Assembly (NCBI GenBank): GCA_010093745.1
Contig: MU006031.1
Location: forward strand, 1-52,947
From: Piedraia hortae CBS 480.64
Lineage: Eukaryota
Reading direction: 5' to 3'
Length of the DNA: 52,947 nt
Positions within the stretch are counted from its first letter, which is position 1. Each line of letters opens with the position of its first letter. Under the pieces are notes generated by a model. That model was not told the origin of the DNA. It worked only from the letters and a program-made list of their open reading frames with translations, and did not search any database. The translations under genes and the position numbers were made by a program. Positions 9,885-19,084 of this stretch are shown here, piece by piece.

Positions 9885-11837
9885 ATGCTCCGACTCCTTA
9901 AACGGCACATCCTCCCCCTCCTCCTCGCCATTCTCTGGGTACTAACCCTAACCTGGGGCGAACGCCGCACCTTCCCCTCTCACATCAACCCATGCGCCTG
10001 GCATAACTGGGAAACCTGGCCTCAGGACTCCAAACCGCACCACATCCTCGTCATCTCCGACCCCCAGCTCGTCGATCCACACACTTACCCCGGCCGTCCA
10101 TGGCCTCTCTCTGCCTTAACAGTAGCCTACACGGATAGGTACATGACGCGCGCCTTTCGCGGATTGAACAAGAACCTCGACCCCGACTCAGTGATTTTTC
10201 TTGGTGATCTGCTAGACGGAGGGAGGGAGTGGGCTACCGAAAAAATCCGCATGGATGGGGTAGCGAAGAGGAGTGTTGGTAGCTACCGCCAAGCGTTGGC
10301 TGCTCCGCATAAGGAGAGGGTAAGGAAGGAGGATCATTTTCTTGATGAAAAGGGGAGGGATATCAAGGAATTTGTGCATGGGGAGGGTGGAAGGTGGGCT
10401 AAATGGGGGCAGAGGCAGTGGGATCGGGACTACGCGCGACTTGGTAACATCTTCTTCTCGCCCGAGCAAATGTACCCCGATGCGGATCGGAAAGCTGTGC
10501 CGTATAAAGAGGTTGTGACGAAAGAGTTCAATGTTCTCAACGGCGCGGAGATGGTTTCGGATATGGAATATGCTACCTTTGGGAGGAAGCAGAGGAGGAT
10601 GCTGACTAGTCTTCCCGGGAATCATGATGTTGGGTTTGGGAAGGGGGTGCAGCTCGCTGTGAGGGATCGGTTTCTGAGTCGGTTTGGGGAGACGAATCGG
10701 GTCGACGTCATTGGGAATCATACGTTTGTTAGTTTGGATACGCCATCGCTTTCGGCGGCGGGACAGTTTCAGCTTCGAGGGGGGGAATCGACGACTGAGG
10801 ATATCGAGGCGGGGAAGCATATTTGGGAGCCGACCATGGGATTTTTGGAGGGGTTGAAGGGAGCGGTCGATGGGGAGGTTGGGAGGGTGGTTGGGGAGTT
10901 TTACTCCCGAGAGAGGAGGAAGTTTGAGCATCGCGTTGTTGGTGCCAGTCGAGGTGGGGATGGAGGGGGGAGAAGGGATGCTACAGCACCGGAACTGCCG
11001 GTGGTTTTGCTAACGCATATACCACTTTATCGCGAGCCGGGGACGAAGTGTGGCCCGCTCCGCGAGAGGGGGACATCCATATCAATCTCCGGGGGATACC
11101 AATATCAGAATGTTGTCACGAAAACCCTCTCGCAGACGATTGTGAGTAAGGTTGCGGAAGCAGGGGACCTGGTGCAGGTATTTTCGGGGGATGATCACGA
11201 CTATTGCGACGTGCGACACAGTCATAATGGAAAAACCTTCAGGGAGATTACGGTGAAGAGTTTTTCGTGGGCGATGGGGGTGAGAGTTCCGGCGGTTCAG
11301 TTGCTTAGTCTGTGGAATCCGGTTGATGAACATGGGAAGACGATTGGGACACCGTTGCCGACGATTCAGACGCGGATGTGTCTACTGCCGGATCAGTTGG
11401 GGATTTTCATCGTCTACGCGAAGGTGTTGGGATTTACGGTGGTGATATTACTGCTCAGAGTGGCTGTGGTTGGGTTTTTGGAGACCGATACCCAAGAAGA
11501 GAGGCCTGCTCCACTGTTGCCGACGCATACGAGGTTTGAGGGACGGAACAGAGGGTCGTCGATTACGACGTCCTCCAACCCGGAGGAGAGAGGTGGGAAT
11601 CTTACAAGAGGGCGGTATCCGGGATCGATGGGGGAAACGTCCCGTCCAGTCCCATTGATTGAGAAGGCGGGTTACTTTCCTTCATCGTCAAAGTCTGTCG
11701 ATGGGGAGGGAGATTGTCAGGCGAAATGGAAACGACCGAGACGGAGAAGTAAGGGAGTTTTTCGCGAGCTGAGGAATTCGGTAGGGATGGTTGCCGTGCC
11801 GGTTTTGTTGTATTATCTTTTTCTAATAAGGTATTAG
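9885..11837 (+). CDS. CDC1: Mn-dependent metallophosphoesterase of the Cdc1/Ted1/PGAP5 family (GPI remodelling, ER membrane)
   Basis: N-terminal TM segment; calcineurin-like motifs SDPQLVD, GDLLDGG, GNHD, THIPL and SGDDHDYC; KSFSWAMG; C-terminal TM helices. Confidence 0.9.
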   Translation: MLRLLKRHILPLLLAILWVLTLTWGERRTFPSHINPCAWHNWETWPQDSKPHHILVISDPQLVDPHTYPGRPWPLSALTVAYTDRYMTRAFRGLNKNLDPDSVIFLGDLLDGGREWATEKIRMDGVAKRSVGSYRQALAAPHKERVRKEDHFLDEKGRDIKEFVHGEGGRWAKWGQRQWDRDYARLGNIFFSPEQMYPDADRKAVPYKEVVTKEFNVLNGAEMVSDMEYATFGRKQRRMLTSLPGNHDVGFGKGVQLAVRDRFLSRFGETNRVDVIGNHTFVSLDTPSLSAAGQFQLRGGESTTEDIEAGKHIWEPTMGFLEGLKGAVDGEVGRVVGEFYSRERRKFEHRVVGASRGGDGGGRRDATAPELPVVLLTHIPLYREPGTKCGPLRERGTSISISGGYQYQNVVTKTLSQTIVSKVAEAGDLVQVFSGDDHDYCDVRHSHNGKTFREITVKSFSWAMGVRVPAVQLLSLWNPVDEHGKTIGTPLPTIQTRMCLLPDQLGIFIVYAKVLGFTVVILLLRVAVVGFLETDTQEERPAPLLPTHTRFEGRNRGSSITTSSNPEERGGNLTRGRYPGSMGETSRPVPLIEKAGYFPSSSKSVDGEGDCQAKWKRPRRRSKGVFRELRNSVGMVAVPVLLYYLFLIRY

Positions 11838-12178
11838 TTGTTTCATTAGACGGTAAGAGGAGCTATCAGAGGCTGCGGTTTAGGGCAGAGGAGCAGTTCA
11901 CGGTGGCCGTGCCTGAATATTGGACTATTTCCTATCAGGCATTAGATCCATTGTAGTACCTCTTTCAGCCATGTCACCAAACAATTACTTTGTGCTATTA
12001 TAATTTTAGTACCCGCAGCACCTTCCCCCTCTTGCGTGCATTCTGTCGTCATTGCCCCTCCACAGCTGAACTCTGCCCCTCTCTTCTTTTCAACATCATT
12101 CTTTTGACACCTGCCATACAGTTTGACAGGTCAGTACCCCTCCACTGTCTTTTTATCTCAAGCTAATTATGGAGTAGA

Positions 12179-13205
12179 ATGTCCTACGGAGGAGACTACA
12201 ACCAGGGTGGTGGATATGGCGGCCAGGGAGGCGGTTACGGCGGCAACCAGGGCGGTGGTTATGGTGGTAACCAAGGGGGAGGCTATGGTGGTAACCAGGG
12301 TGGATATGGCGGCAACCAAGGCGGTGGGTATGGCGGCCAAGGCGGTGGCTACGGCGGAAACCAGGGAGGTTATGGAGGCGGCGACCAGGGAGGTTATGGA
12401 GGCGGCAACCAAGGAGGATACGGTGGCGGCCAGGGCGGTGGTTATGGCGGGAACCAGGGCGGGTATGGCGGCGGCCAGGGAGGCGGATATGGCGGCGGCG
12501 GCGGCGGCTACAACGAAGGCGGCCACCATGGAGGCCACCATGGCGGGAATGGCGGCTATGGAGGAGGCAACGGCGGCTTCGGCGGGAACAACACCGGCAC
12601 TCCCTACGGTGGCGGCGGATACGGAGGCTCCAACAACTTCTCCGGCGCCGCCGAGCAAGCCAGTCATCACGCCGGCTCTAGCGGCGACTCCTCCCTGTTC
12701 AGCAGCGCTCTTAGCATGCTCACCGGCAGCAATAAGCCGAAGAATGACCACTTTGACGAACAGGATGCCATCCGCCAGCATCAGAACTTTTACGGCAACG
12801 GCGGAGGGAACAATCAGTCCGCCAACTCTGGCAACTTGGGTAGTGCCGCTGCCATGCAGGCCTTGAAGATGTTCAACAACCAGGGCGGTAACAATAACAA
12901 CAAATCTGGTGGCGGTGACATGCAGAGCCAGTTTATCGGTATGGCCATGGGTCAGGCTGCGAAGCTTTTTGGTAAGTGCCTCGACGGAATAAGCCGTTTG
13001 GTTACTGATCGGTCCAGACCAGCAGCACTCGCAGGGCAACGTTCAATCTGGGGCGAACAAGCAAGATGCCGTTGCCGCGGCGGCTCAGATGGCCCTGAAG
13101 ATGTACATGAAGTCCGAGATGGGTGGTAACAATTCAGGCAACTCGGGTTCTGGTGGGTCCGGCGCGGCGGGGCTGATCAACATGGCCTCTAAGCTACTTC
13201 GTTGA
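12179..13205 (+). CDS. Gly/Tyr/Asn/Gln repeat (prion-like) protein with a helical fungal C-terminal domain; exons 12179-12971 and 13018-13205
   Basis: About 13 G(G)GYGG(N)Q units. Canonical intron 12972-13017 (GTAAGT..ACTGAT..CAG, 46 nt); removing it gives ..AAKLFDQQHSQGNVQSGANKQDAVAAAAQMALKMYMKS..LLR*. A probable 5'-UTR intron lies at 12130-12177 (GTCAGT..GCTAAT..TAG). Confidence 0.85.
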
Positions 13206-13449
13206 GACTTCGTGAACTCCAAAAGAGCTGGTTTGGACCATTCTGACTCCTAAGTGGACCAATTAGCCGGTATGAAACGTAGATAGTTCTCTTAAAACTA
13301 ACCTAAGAACCGGAATTGGCCGTGCGCGTGAGTCGCCGCTCCACTTCCACGCGCTCGCCATGGGATAACAGGTCAAGTTCTGACCAGGTCAAGTATCCAC
13401 ACGTGATATAGAAGCAGCGGCTGCCTCGCGATGACAGTATTCGCACAGC

Positions 13450-14559
13450 ATGCCAGTCTTGAGATCCGCCGCCGGCCGGTTCGTTAAGGCGCCGGACTCT
13501 GTGGCGCGCGCGCGCCCACAACGCAACAAAAGGTCTAACGCGGATGAGAGAGAAACAACCGCCGCTCCCGCCGGCAAGAAGCGCAAAACTGCCGTTGCGC
13601 GGTCTAGAGCGAAGGATGGAGAGAAAGTCAATGGCGATGCCGTGAAGACGGTCAGCGGCGACGCGGTCATGACGGCCAATGGCGACACAGCCAACGGCGC
13701 GTCAGAAACACTGGCCGACTTTGCCGGTTGCGGGCGCGCGCTGAGATCCAAGGATGGGCCGCCGAGTCACAAGACCGAGCTGATCAAGTTCTTTCCCAAC
13801 TTTCATGCCATTATGCGTTCTGGTCCGCCCAAGAAGAAGCCCCGCACCGCTGAGACGAATGTTTTCTTAATGGGTAATGGTCGCTTCACGCAGACACAAC
13901 CCCGTGTCAAGCGGGAGAAGAGCCAGACGCCTGTAGGAATCGATCAAGGCTGCGTCTCGGACGATGAAGATGACGATGACGAAGACGATCCGCTCGGCGA
14001 AGACGTCTACAACGTGACCTACCGCCCGGTCGAGCGCAAAGAGAAGCAGGCGCGTATCATTGAGAACAACGAGTTCAAGCATGAAGAGATGCTGCTCCAG
14101 CGTCTGCTTGAGGAGCTCCGCGGCCGAAACTGGTTGAGGGTCCTGGGACTGACGGCCTTGACGAGCAGACAGGCGCAGACGTACAAGGACAGGCGTGACT
14201 ACTTTTCCGCGGCGATTGAGGGGGTGCTAGACAAGTTCAAGCGGTTCAGGGAGAAGGAAAGGTTGCAGAACAAGAAGGAAAGGGAGGCGAAGACGGTGAC
14301 GGTGACGAAGAAGACGACCAAGACGACGACAGTGGGCAGCGCGGGGAAGAAGACGGTGACTAAGACGGAGAAGACTACCAAGACGATGAACGAGGCCGGC
14401 AAGGTGGATACTGTCGGGCAAACTGGGCGTTGCACGCGGTCCGCGACTGTCGTTGAATCGCCTGTCAGGACGAAGCGGCTGGTCACGCGTGGTGTTAAGG
14501 AGCTTCCAAACGGGCACCTGACGGGCAACGATGGAGATGGCCAAGAGCAACGTGTATGA
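13450..14559 (+). CDS. SAS4: SAS4-domain protein (SAS histone acetyltransferase complex subunit)
   Basis: RALRSKDG..KTELIKFFPNF and DPLGEDVY..ERKEKQARIIE..HEEMLLQRLLEELRGRNWLRVLGL..KRFREKER follow the Pezizomycotina Sas4 domain pattern as recalled. Confidence 0.75.
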   Translation: MPVLRSAAGRFVKAPDSVARARPQRNKRSNADERETTAAPAGKKRKTAVARSRAKDGEKVNGDAVKTVSGDAVMTANGDTANGASETLADFAGCGRALRSKDGPPSHKTELIKFFPNFHAIMRSGPPKKKPRTAETNVFLMGNGRFTQTQPRVKREKSQTPVGIDQGCVSDDEDDDDEDDPLGEDVYNVTYRPVERKEKQARIIENNEFKHEEMLLQRLLEELRGRNWLRVLGLTALTSRQAQTYKDRRDYFSAAIEGVLDKFKRFREKERLQNKKEREAKTVTVTKKTTKTTTVGSAGKKTVTKTEKTTKTMNEAGKVDTVGQTGRCTRSATVVESPVRTKRLVTRGVKELPNGHLTGNDGDGQEQRV

Positions 14560-14823
14560 TGGGTGTGTACTAGGATGTCTCGTAGGTGTGCAGTTTCAGC
14601 CTCACGTGGCCGTTGATCTGCAACGGCGCGGTTCCCGTAAATTTGGTTCGCCCGTCGGGCCGTTCCCCGGATTCACGCGTCGTCCCGATCCTTAGCTCCA
14701 CGCTAGCTTCACGCGCAACGACGCATCCTCCAATTCACTCGCTGCCGTCGGAGCCCTGCACGACACCGTTGTCGCCGTCGGCAGTGAAAAAGCCTGCAAT
14801 CCGAATGAATAACTAGAACAGCC

Positions 14824-17800
14824 ATGGCGGAACACCCCGAAGCGGAAGCGCCACCGGTCGAATACAGCGTCCTCCGCCAGCGCGTCGACGTCGACGTGGA
14901 CTTCTACCGCCAGAGCCTGCGCGGCAACACGGAAATCACGATCCAACCTCATGTCAAAGCCCTACAGCTGGTGTGCCTCAACTGCCGGCAATGTACACCC
15001 ACGTCTGTCCAGGCCGAAGGCATCACGGCCAACTACGAATACAAAGACCCCTATCGCAGGCTGCGCATGTCGGACGATAGTACCGTCCAACAGCACGGAA
15101 TGTTGAAACAGCGCATCGGGGATCTTACCCAGCTGACCGCCCAGCCGGAGCTGACCATCTACCTGCCTGAAAAGCTCAGCATTGAAACCGTGGGGGGGGA
15201 GGCGTCACAAGAAGTAGATGCCGCCAACGCGCAGTTTGCGCCGATCAAGATCTCCATTGAGTTTGAGGCTGGTAATGCGGGCTTACATTGGGTTGGGTGT
15301 TCACAAGACGATCAACGCTACCCGCATGTTTATACCCGCGTGGAGCCCGTGCCGGGAGCGTTGAGTTCGATATTTCCCTGTGTTGATACGCATACGTCTC
15401 GCTACAGTTGGGATATTTGCATCCACTGTCCGCGGACGCTGGGCGATGCCTTCCGCGTAGGCCGGTGGGCGTCAAGCGATGGGGACATGGAAATGGCCGA
15501 CGCGGACAATCCAGATTATCTAATCAACTTAACCAACGAAGAAGCAGCCATGGATCTGGCAGTCGTCTGCGTGGGCGAGCTGACGCAGGAGACTAATGAC
15601 GGTGAAGACGAAACGAGACACTCGCTCACCTTCCACCTCAAAGAAGCCGTCACCGCCCGCCACGTGGGCTTCGCCATCGGGCCCTTTGAACGCATCGACC
15701 TCTCCGCTTCAAGAAAAGCCGACGAAGAAGACCGTCTAGGCCAAAGCGCGATCGAAGTTTCAGGGTACTGTCTCCCCGGGCGCGGCGACGAGGTCCTCAA
15801 CACGTGCTGGGCCGTTACCAAAGCCCTCGACTATTTCTGCGTCAACTTTGGTTCCTTTGCGTTCTCGTCATATAAGCTCGTCTTCCTCGACGATATGGTT
15901 TGCGATACCGTCGCAACAGCTGGGGTGTCGTTCTGCAGCTCCAGACTCCTCTTCCCGGATAAGATCCTCGAGCCGATTGACACCAATCCGCGGATTCTCA
16001 TGCATTCCCTCGCAGAGCAGTGGGCTGGCGTTCTCGTCATCCCGAAGAAGCCATTCGACTCGTGGATCGTGGCCGGAATGGCAGGCTACATGGCAGATCT
16101 CCATGGGAAAATGATTTACGGCAACAACACGTACAGATGGCAACAGAAGCAGAATGCGGACAAAGTGTACGAATTTGACGTCGAGAGGCCGTCGATTTAC
16201 CAGCATGGCTCGTTTCTGCATATCGATCACTCGATTCGCGAGTTTATGACGCTAAAGGCGGCGTTGGTGTTGTTCATCCTCGACAGAAGGCTCGTCAAGG
16301 CGAGCGGGTCGAGTGGTTGTCAGCGGATTGTGAACCGCGTGTTTGTCCAGGCGAGGACGGGGTCGTTGGATAATGGCGAGATCAGCACCGCCGAGTTTCA
16401 GCGGATCGCGGAGAAGTATGGGCACGTCAAGCTGGATTATTTCTTCAAGCAGTGGGTGTATGGGTCGGGGTGTCCGATTTTTGATATCAGTCAGAGGTTC
16501 AACAAGAAGAAACTTGTTGTGGAGATGAACATCATCCAGAGGCAGATGGATCGGAAGACCAAACCGCCGTTTACGCCGGATAATTTTTGGAGGGAAATTA
16601 AGGAACATGTACAGGAGGTTTGGGCGCCGGAGACGCAGCCGGTGTTTACGGGTCCGATGACGATTAGGATTCATGAGGCGGATGGTACCCCGTATGAACA
16701 TATTGTTGAGATTAAGGAGCAGACGACCAAGCTGGAGATTCCTTATAATACAAAGTATAAGCGGTTGAAAAGGTCTCGAAGGGCGAAAGAGAGGGCCATG
16801 GCCGAGGGTCAGAGCGGGGAGGATGCTCTGTTGTATAGTCTAGGTGATGTGCTAGACAGCCCGGAGGAGATGGCGGCTTGGCAGCTGCACGACTGGAGTG
16901 CTGAAGACGAAGATAAAATGGGTCAGGAGAGCTACGAATGGATCCGCATAGATGCGGATTTCGAATGGATCGGGAAGATTCACCTGTCGATGCCGCTGTA
17001 CATGTACATTTCTCAGCTGCAGCAGGACCGGGATCTGGTTGCGCAGTACGAGTCTGTGAAATGGCTGATGGGGGCCACGCCGCACCCCATGTCCATGACA
17101 ATTCTAGCGCGTACGCTGATGGACAAGCGGTACTTTCATCCCATCCGGGCTCTGGCAGCCGAGGGTCTGGCTGTCCTAGCCTCCAACAGCGTCGACTCGC
17201 CCAGCGACGACATGTTCCATGTTGGGCAGTTCCAGCTTCTGAAAGCCTTTGACGAGCTATTCGGCACACCGGGCGAAGTCATGCCTCGTCCGAACGACTG
17301 GACCGACCGAACAGACTACCTAATCCAATGCGCCATTCCGCGGGCCATGGTCTTTTTACGTGACCACGAGAAAAAAGTGCCCATGACCATCCGGCAATTC
17401 TTCATCGATAAACTCCGTTTCAACGATAACTCGGAAAACTACTTCTCAGACAACCACTACATCGCCCAACTAATGACCTGTCTCTCCCAATCCATAATCG
17501 CCTCCCATCGGAAACCCTCCCCCACCAAACCCCAAACCTACACCTTCAAATTCGGCGAGGAAGAAGATGAAATGGACTCCTCGGATGACGAAGACATCCC
17601 TCCCAACCCCGATACCCCCATCGAAAGAGACGCCATCTCCGAAATCCAACGCTACCGTCGTCTGGACGAATACAACTCCACATACCAAAACATCCACACC
17701 ACAACCGCCTTACGCTGCCTCACAGACTGCACCAAAGCGGGTCTAATCCCCAGCGAAGCGAGACAACTCCTCCTCTACACCCGCGCCTCAAACTCCTCCT

Positions 17801-18960
17801 ACGTCCGCATCGAATCCTTCCGCTGCTTAAACAAACTTTCCGAAACGCGAAAAGCAGAAGTAATGAACTACCTCCTCGAGACGTTCAGCTCCTCCCCGTC
17901 CCCCTACTTCCGGACCAGCATGCTCACCGTCTTGGGCGAAGCATTAGGCCACATCGCCCTCGATGAAATCGAAAAACCTTCCCCCGCAGTCGGAGACGTG
18001 TTGGTCCTCGACGCTGCGCCAGCGGATCTACCCCTTGCTGCTGCCCTTACAGGGAGAAACACGCCGGAATCCGCCCTTAAGAAGTTACAGTCGACCCTAT
18101 TGTCCTCTAAGCCCTTTGCGCGGGCACTCTGGGCCGCAACCCTCTCAACGCAAACCCTGTGTGAAAAATCCACGCTATGCGACCTTGCAGGATTGATTTT
18201 TCCTTCGGTTTCTTCATTGATTGTGAAGATGAAGCTCCCGAAATACTGGTCGTGTGTTAGGGACACAACGGGGGTTAAGTTTACCGCGAGGTTGCCGGTG
18301 AGGATCGCTCCGCGACGGCCAGTTTCGAGGGAGTTTTTGAGGGTTGTGGAGGGGTATGGATTAAAGTATAATGGTCCGGGGGTGAGCGAGAGTGTGAAGC
18401 TGAAGTTGAAGAGGAAGAATGAGGATGGAGAACAGGGGGGGAGGGGGAAGGTTGCTAAACAGGGGGTGGGTAGTACTGGGGTGGGGGGTGCTCAGCAAGG
18501 TACGCAGAGTACGGCGGTGGGAGCGGGGAATAGCCCGGCCGCGGCTGCTGTGGCTACGCTGCCTAGCCAGGGCACGGCGGCGGCGGCTTCGCAGGCTACC
18601 GGCACGGCTGCTTCGCAGGGTACACCTGCTCCGCCTACAGCTCAAGGAAAATCTCGCATCGTAACGCTGAAATTCAACGACGCGTCGAAACTACGCGGTT
18701 TGGAAGAGAAGAAGGAGGAGGTCTTCGATCCAGGCGCGTTTAGGACGTTTGCGCCGTTGACATCGGAGGGGGAGGGGCGGAGGGAGACTTCGCAAAAGGA
18801 TACTCCGCAGAGGGATGCTCGGAAGGATGCTACGCAGAAGGAGAGGGAGAGGGATGCTCCGCAGAAGGAAAGCAATTCCACCCCGCGCAAAAAAGACAAA
18901 CCCAAAGGAAAAGTCAGCAAACCAAAACTAATGATCAAAGTGGGTGGGAAGAGGAATTAA
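14824..18960 (+). CDS. TAF2: transcription initiation factor TFIID subunit 2 (M1 aminopeptidase-like fold, catalytically inactive)
   Basis: 1378-aa intronless ORF. FFKQWVYGSGCP, GPMTIRIHEADGTPYEHIV, YEWIRIDADFEWI, SQLQQDRDLVAQ and LRFNDNSENYFSD are TAF2 signatures; there is no HEXXH. Confidence 0.96.
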   Translation: MAEHPEAEAPPVEYSVLRQRVDVDVDFYRQSLRGNTEITIQPHVKALQLVCLNCRQCTPTSVQAEGITANYEYKDPYRRLRMSDDSTVQQHGMLKQRIGDLTQLTAQPELTIYLPEKLSIETVGGEASQEVDAANAQFAPIKISIEFEAGNAGLHWVGCSQDDQRYPHVYTRVEPVPGALSSIFPCVDTHTSRYSWDICIHCPRTLGDAFRVGRWASSDGDMEMADADNPDYLINLTNEEAAMDLAVVCVGELTQETNDGEDETRHSLTFHLKEAVTARHVGFAIGPFERIDLSASRKADEEDRLGQSAIEVSGYCLPGRGDEVLNTCWAVTKALDYFCVNFGSFAFSSYKLVFLDDMVCDTVATAGVSFCSSRLLFPDKILEPIDTNPRILMHSLAEQWAGVLVIPKKPFDSWIVAGMAGYMADLHGKMIYGNNTYRWQQKQNADKVYEFDVERPSIYQHGSFLHIDHSIREFMTLKAALVLFILDRRLVKASGSSGCQRIVNRVFVQARTGSLDNGEISTAEFQRIAEKYGHVKLDYFFKQWVYGSGCPIFDISQRFNKKKLVVEMNIIQRQMDRKTKPPFTPDNFWREIKEHVQEVWAPETQPVFTGPMTIRIHEADGTPYEHIVEIKEQTTKLEIPYNTKYKRLKRSRRAKERAMAEGQSGEDALLYSLGDVLDSPEEMAAWQLHDWSAEDEDKMGQESYEWIRIDADFEWIGKIHLSMPLYMYISQLQQDRDLVAQYESVKWLMGATPHPMSMTILARTLMDKRYFHPIRALAAEGLAVLASNSVDSPSDDMFHVGQFQLLKAFDELFGTPGEVMPRPNDWTDRTDYLIQCAIPRAMVFLRDHEKKVPMTIRQFFIDKLRFNDNSENYFSDNHYIAQLMTCLSQSIIASHRKPSPTKPQTYTFKFGEEEDEMDSSDDEDIPPNPDTPIERDAISEIQRYRRLDEYNSTYQNIHTTTALRCLTDCTKAGLIPSEARQLLLYTRASNSSYVRIESFRCLNKLSETRKAEVMNYLLETFSSSPSPYFRTSMLTVLGEALGHIALDEIEKPSPAVGDVLVLDAAPADLPLAAALTGRNTPESALKKLQSTLLSSKPFARALWAATLSTQTLCEKSTLCDLAGLIFPSVSSLIVKMKLPKYWSCVRDTTGVKFTARLPVRIAPRRPVSREFLRVVEGYGLKYNGPGVSESVKLKLKRKNEDGEQGGRGKVAKQGVGSTGVGGAQQGTQSTAVGAGNSPAAAAVATLPSQGTAAAASQATGTAASQGTPAPPTAQGKSRIVTLKFNDASKLRGLEEKKEEVFDPGAFRTFAPLTSEGEGRRETSQKDTPQRDARKDATQKERERDAPQKESNSTPRKKDKPKGKVSKPKLMIKVGGKRN

Positions 18961-19084
18961 TTGCATGTCATAGGATGGTGTACACATTGTCGATTTTTAA
19001 CATCTCACACATTCTTTTCACCTTGGGGGGGCCTCTCCCAGGTTATACGTGCGTGAGCATCCCAGTGACCGACGAAATGGGGAA

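Noticed and set aside
5052..10931. Long antisense ORFs (5052-5816, 9005-9760, 10212-10931)
   Set aside because: They lie opposite well-supported genes in GC-rich, skewed DNA and have no recognisable motifs.
12167..13039. 290-aa Ala/Val/Thr-rich ORF on the minus strand and the 247-aa alternative-frame ORF 12123-12866
   Set aside because: These are shadows of the GGY/GGN repeat gene; the repeat codons lack stops in other frames.
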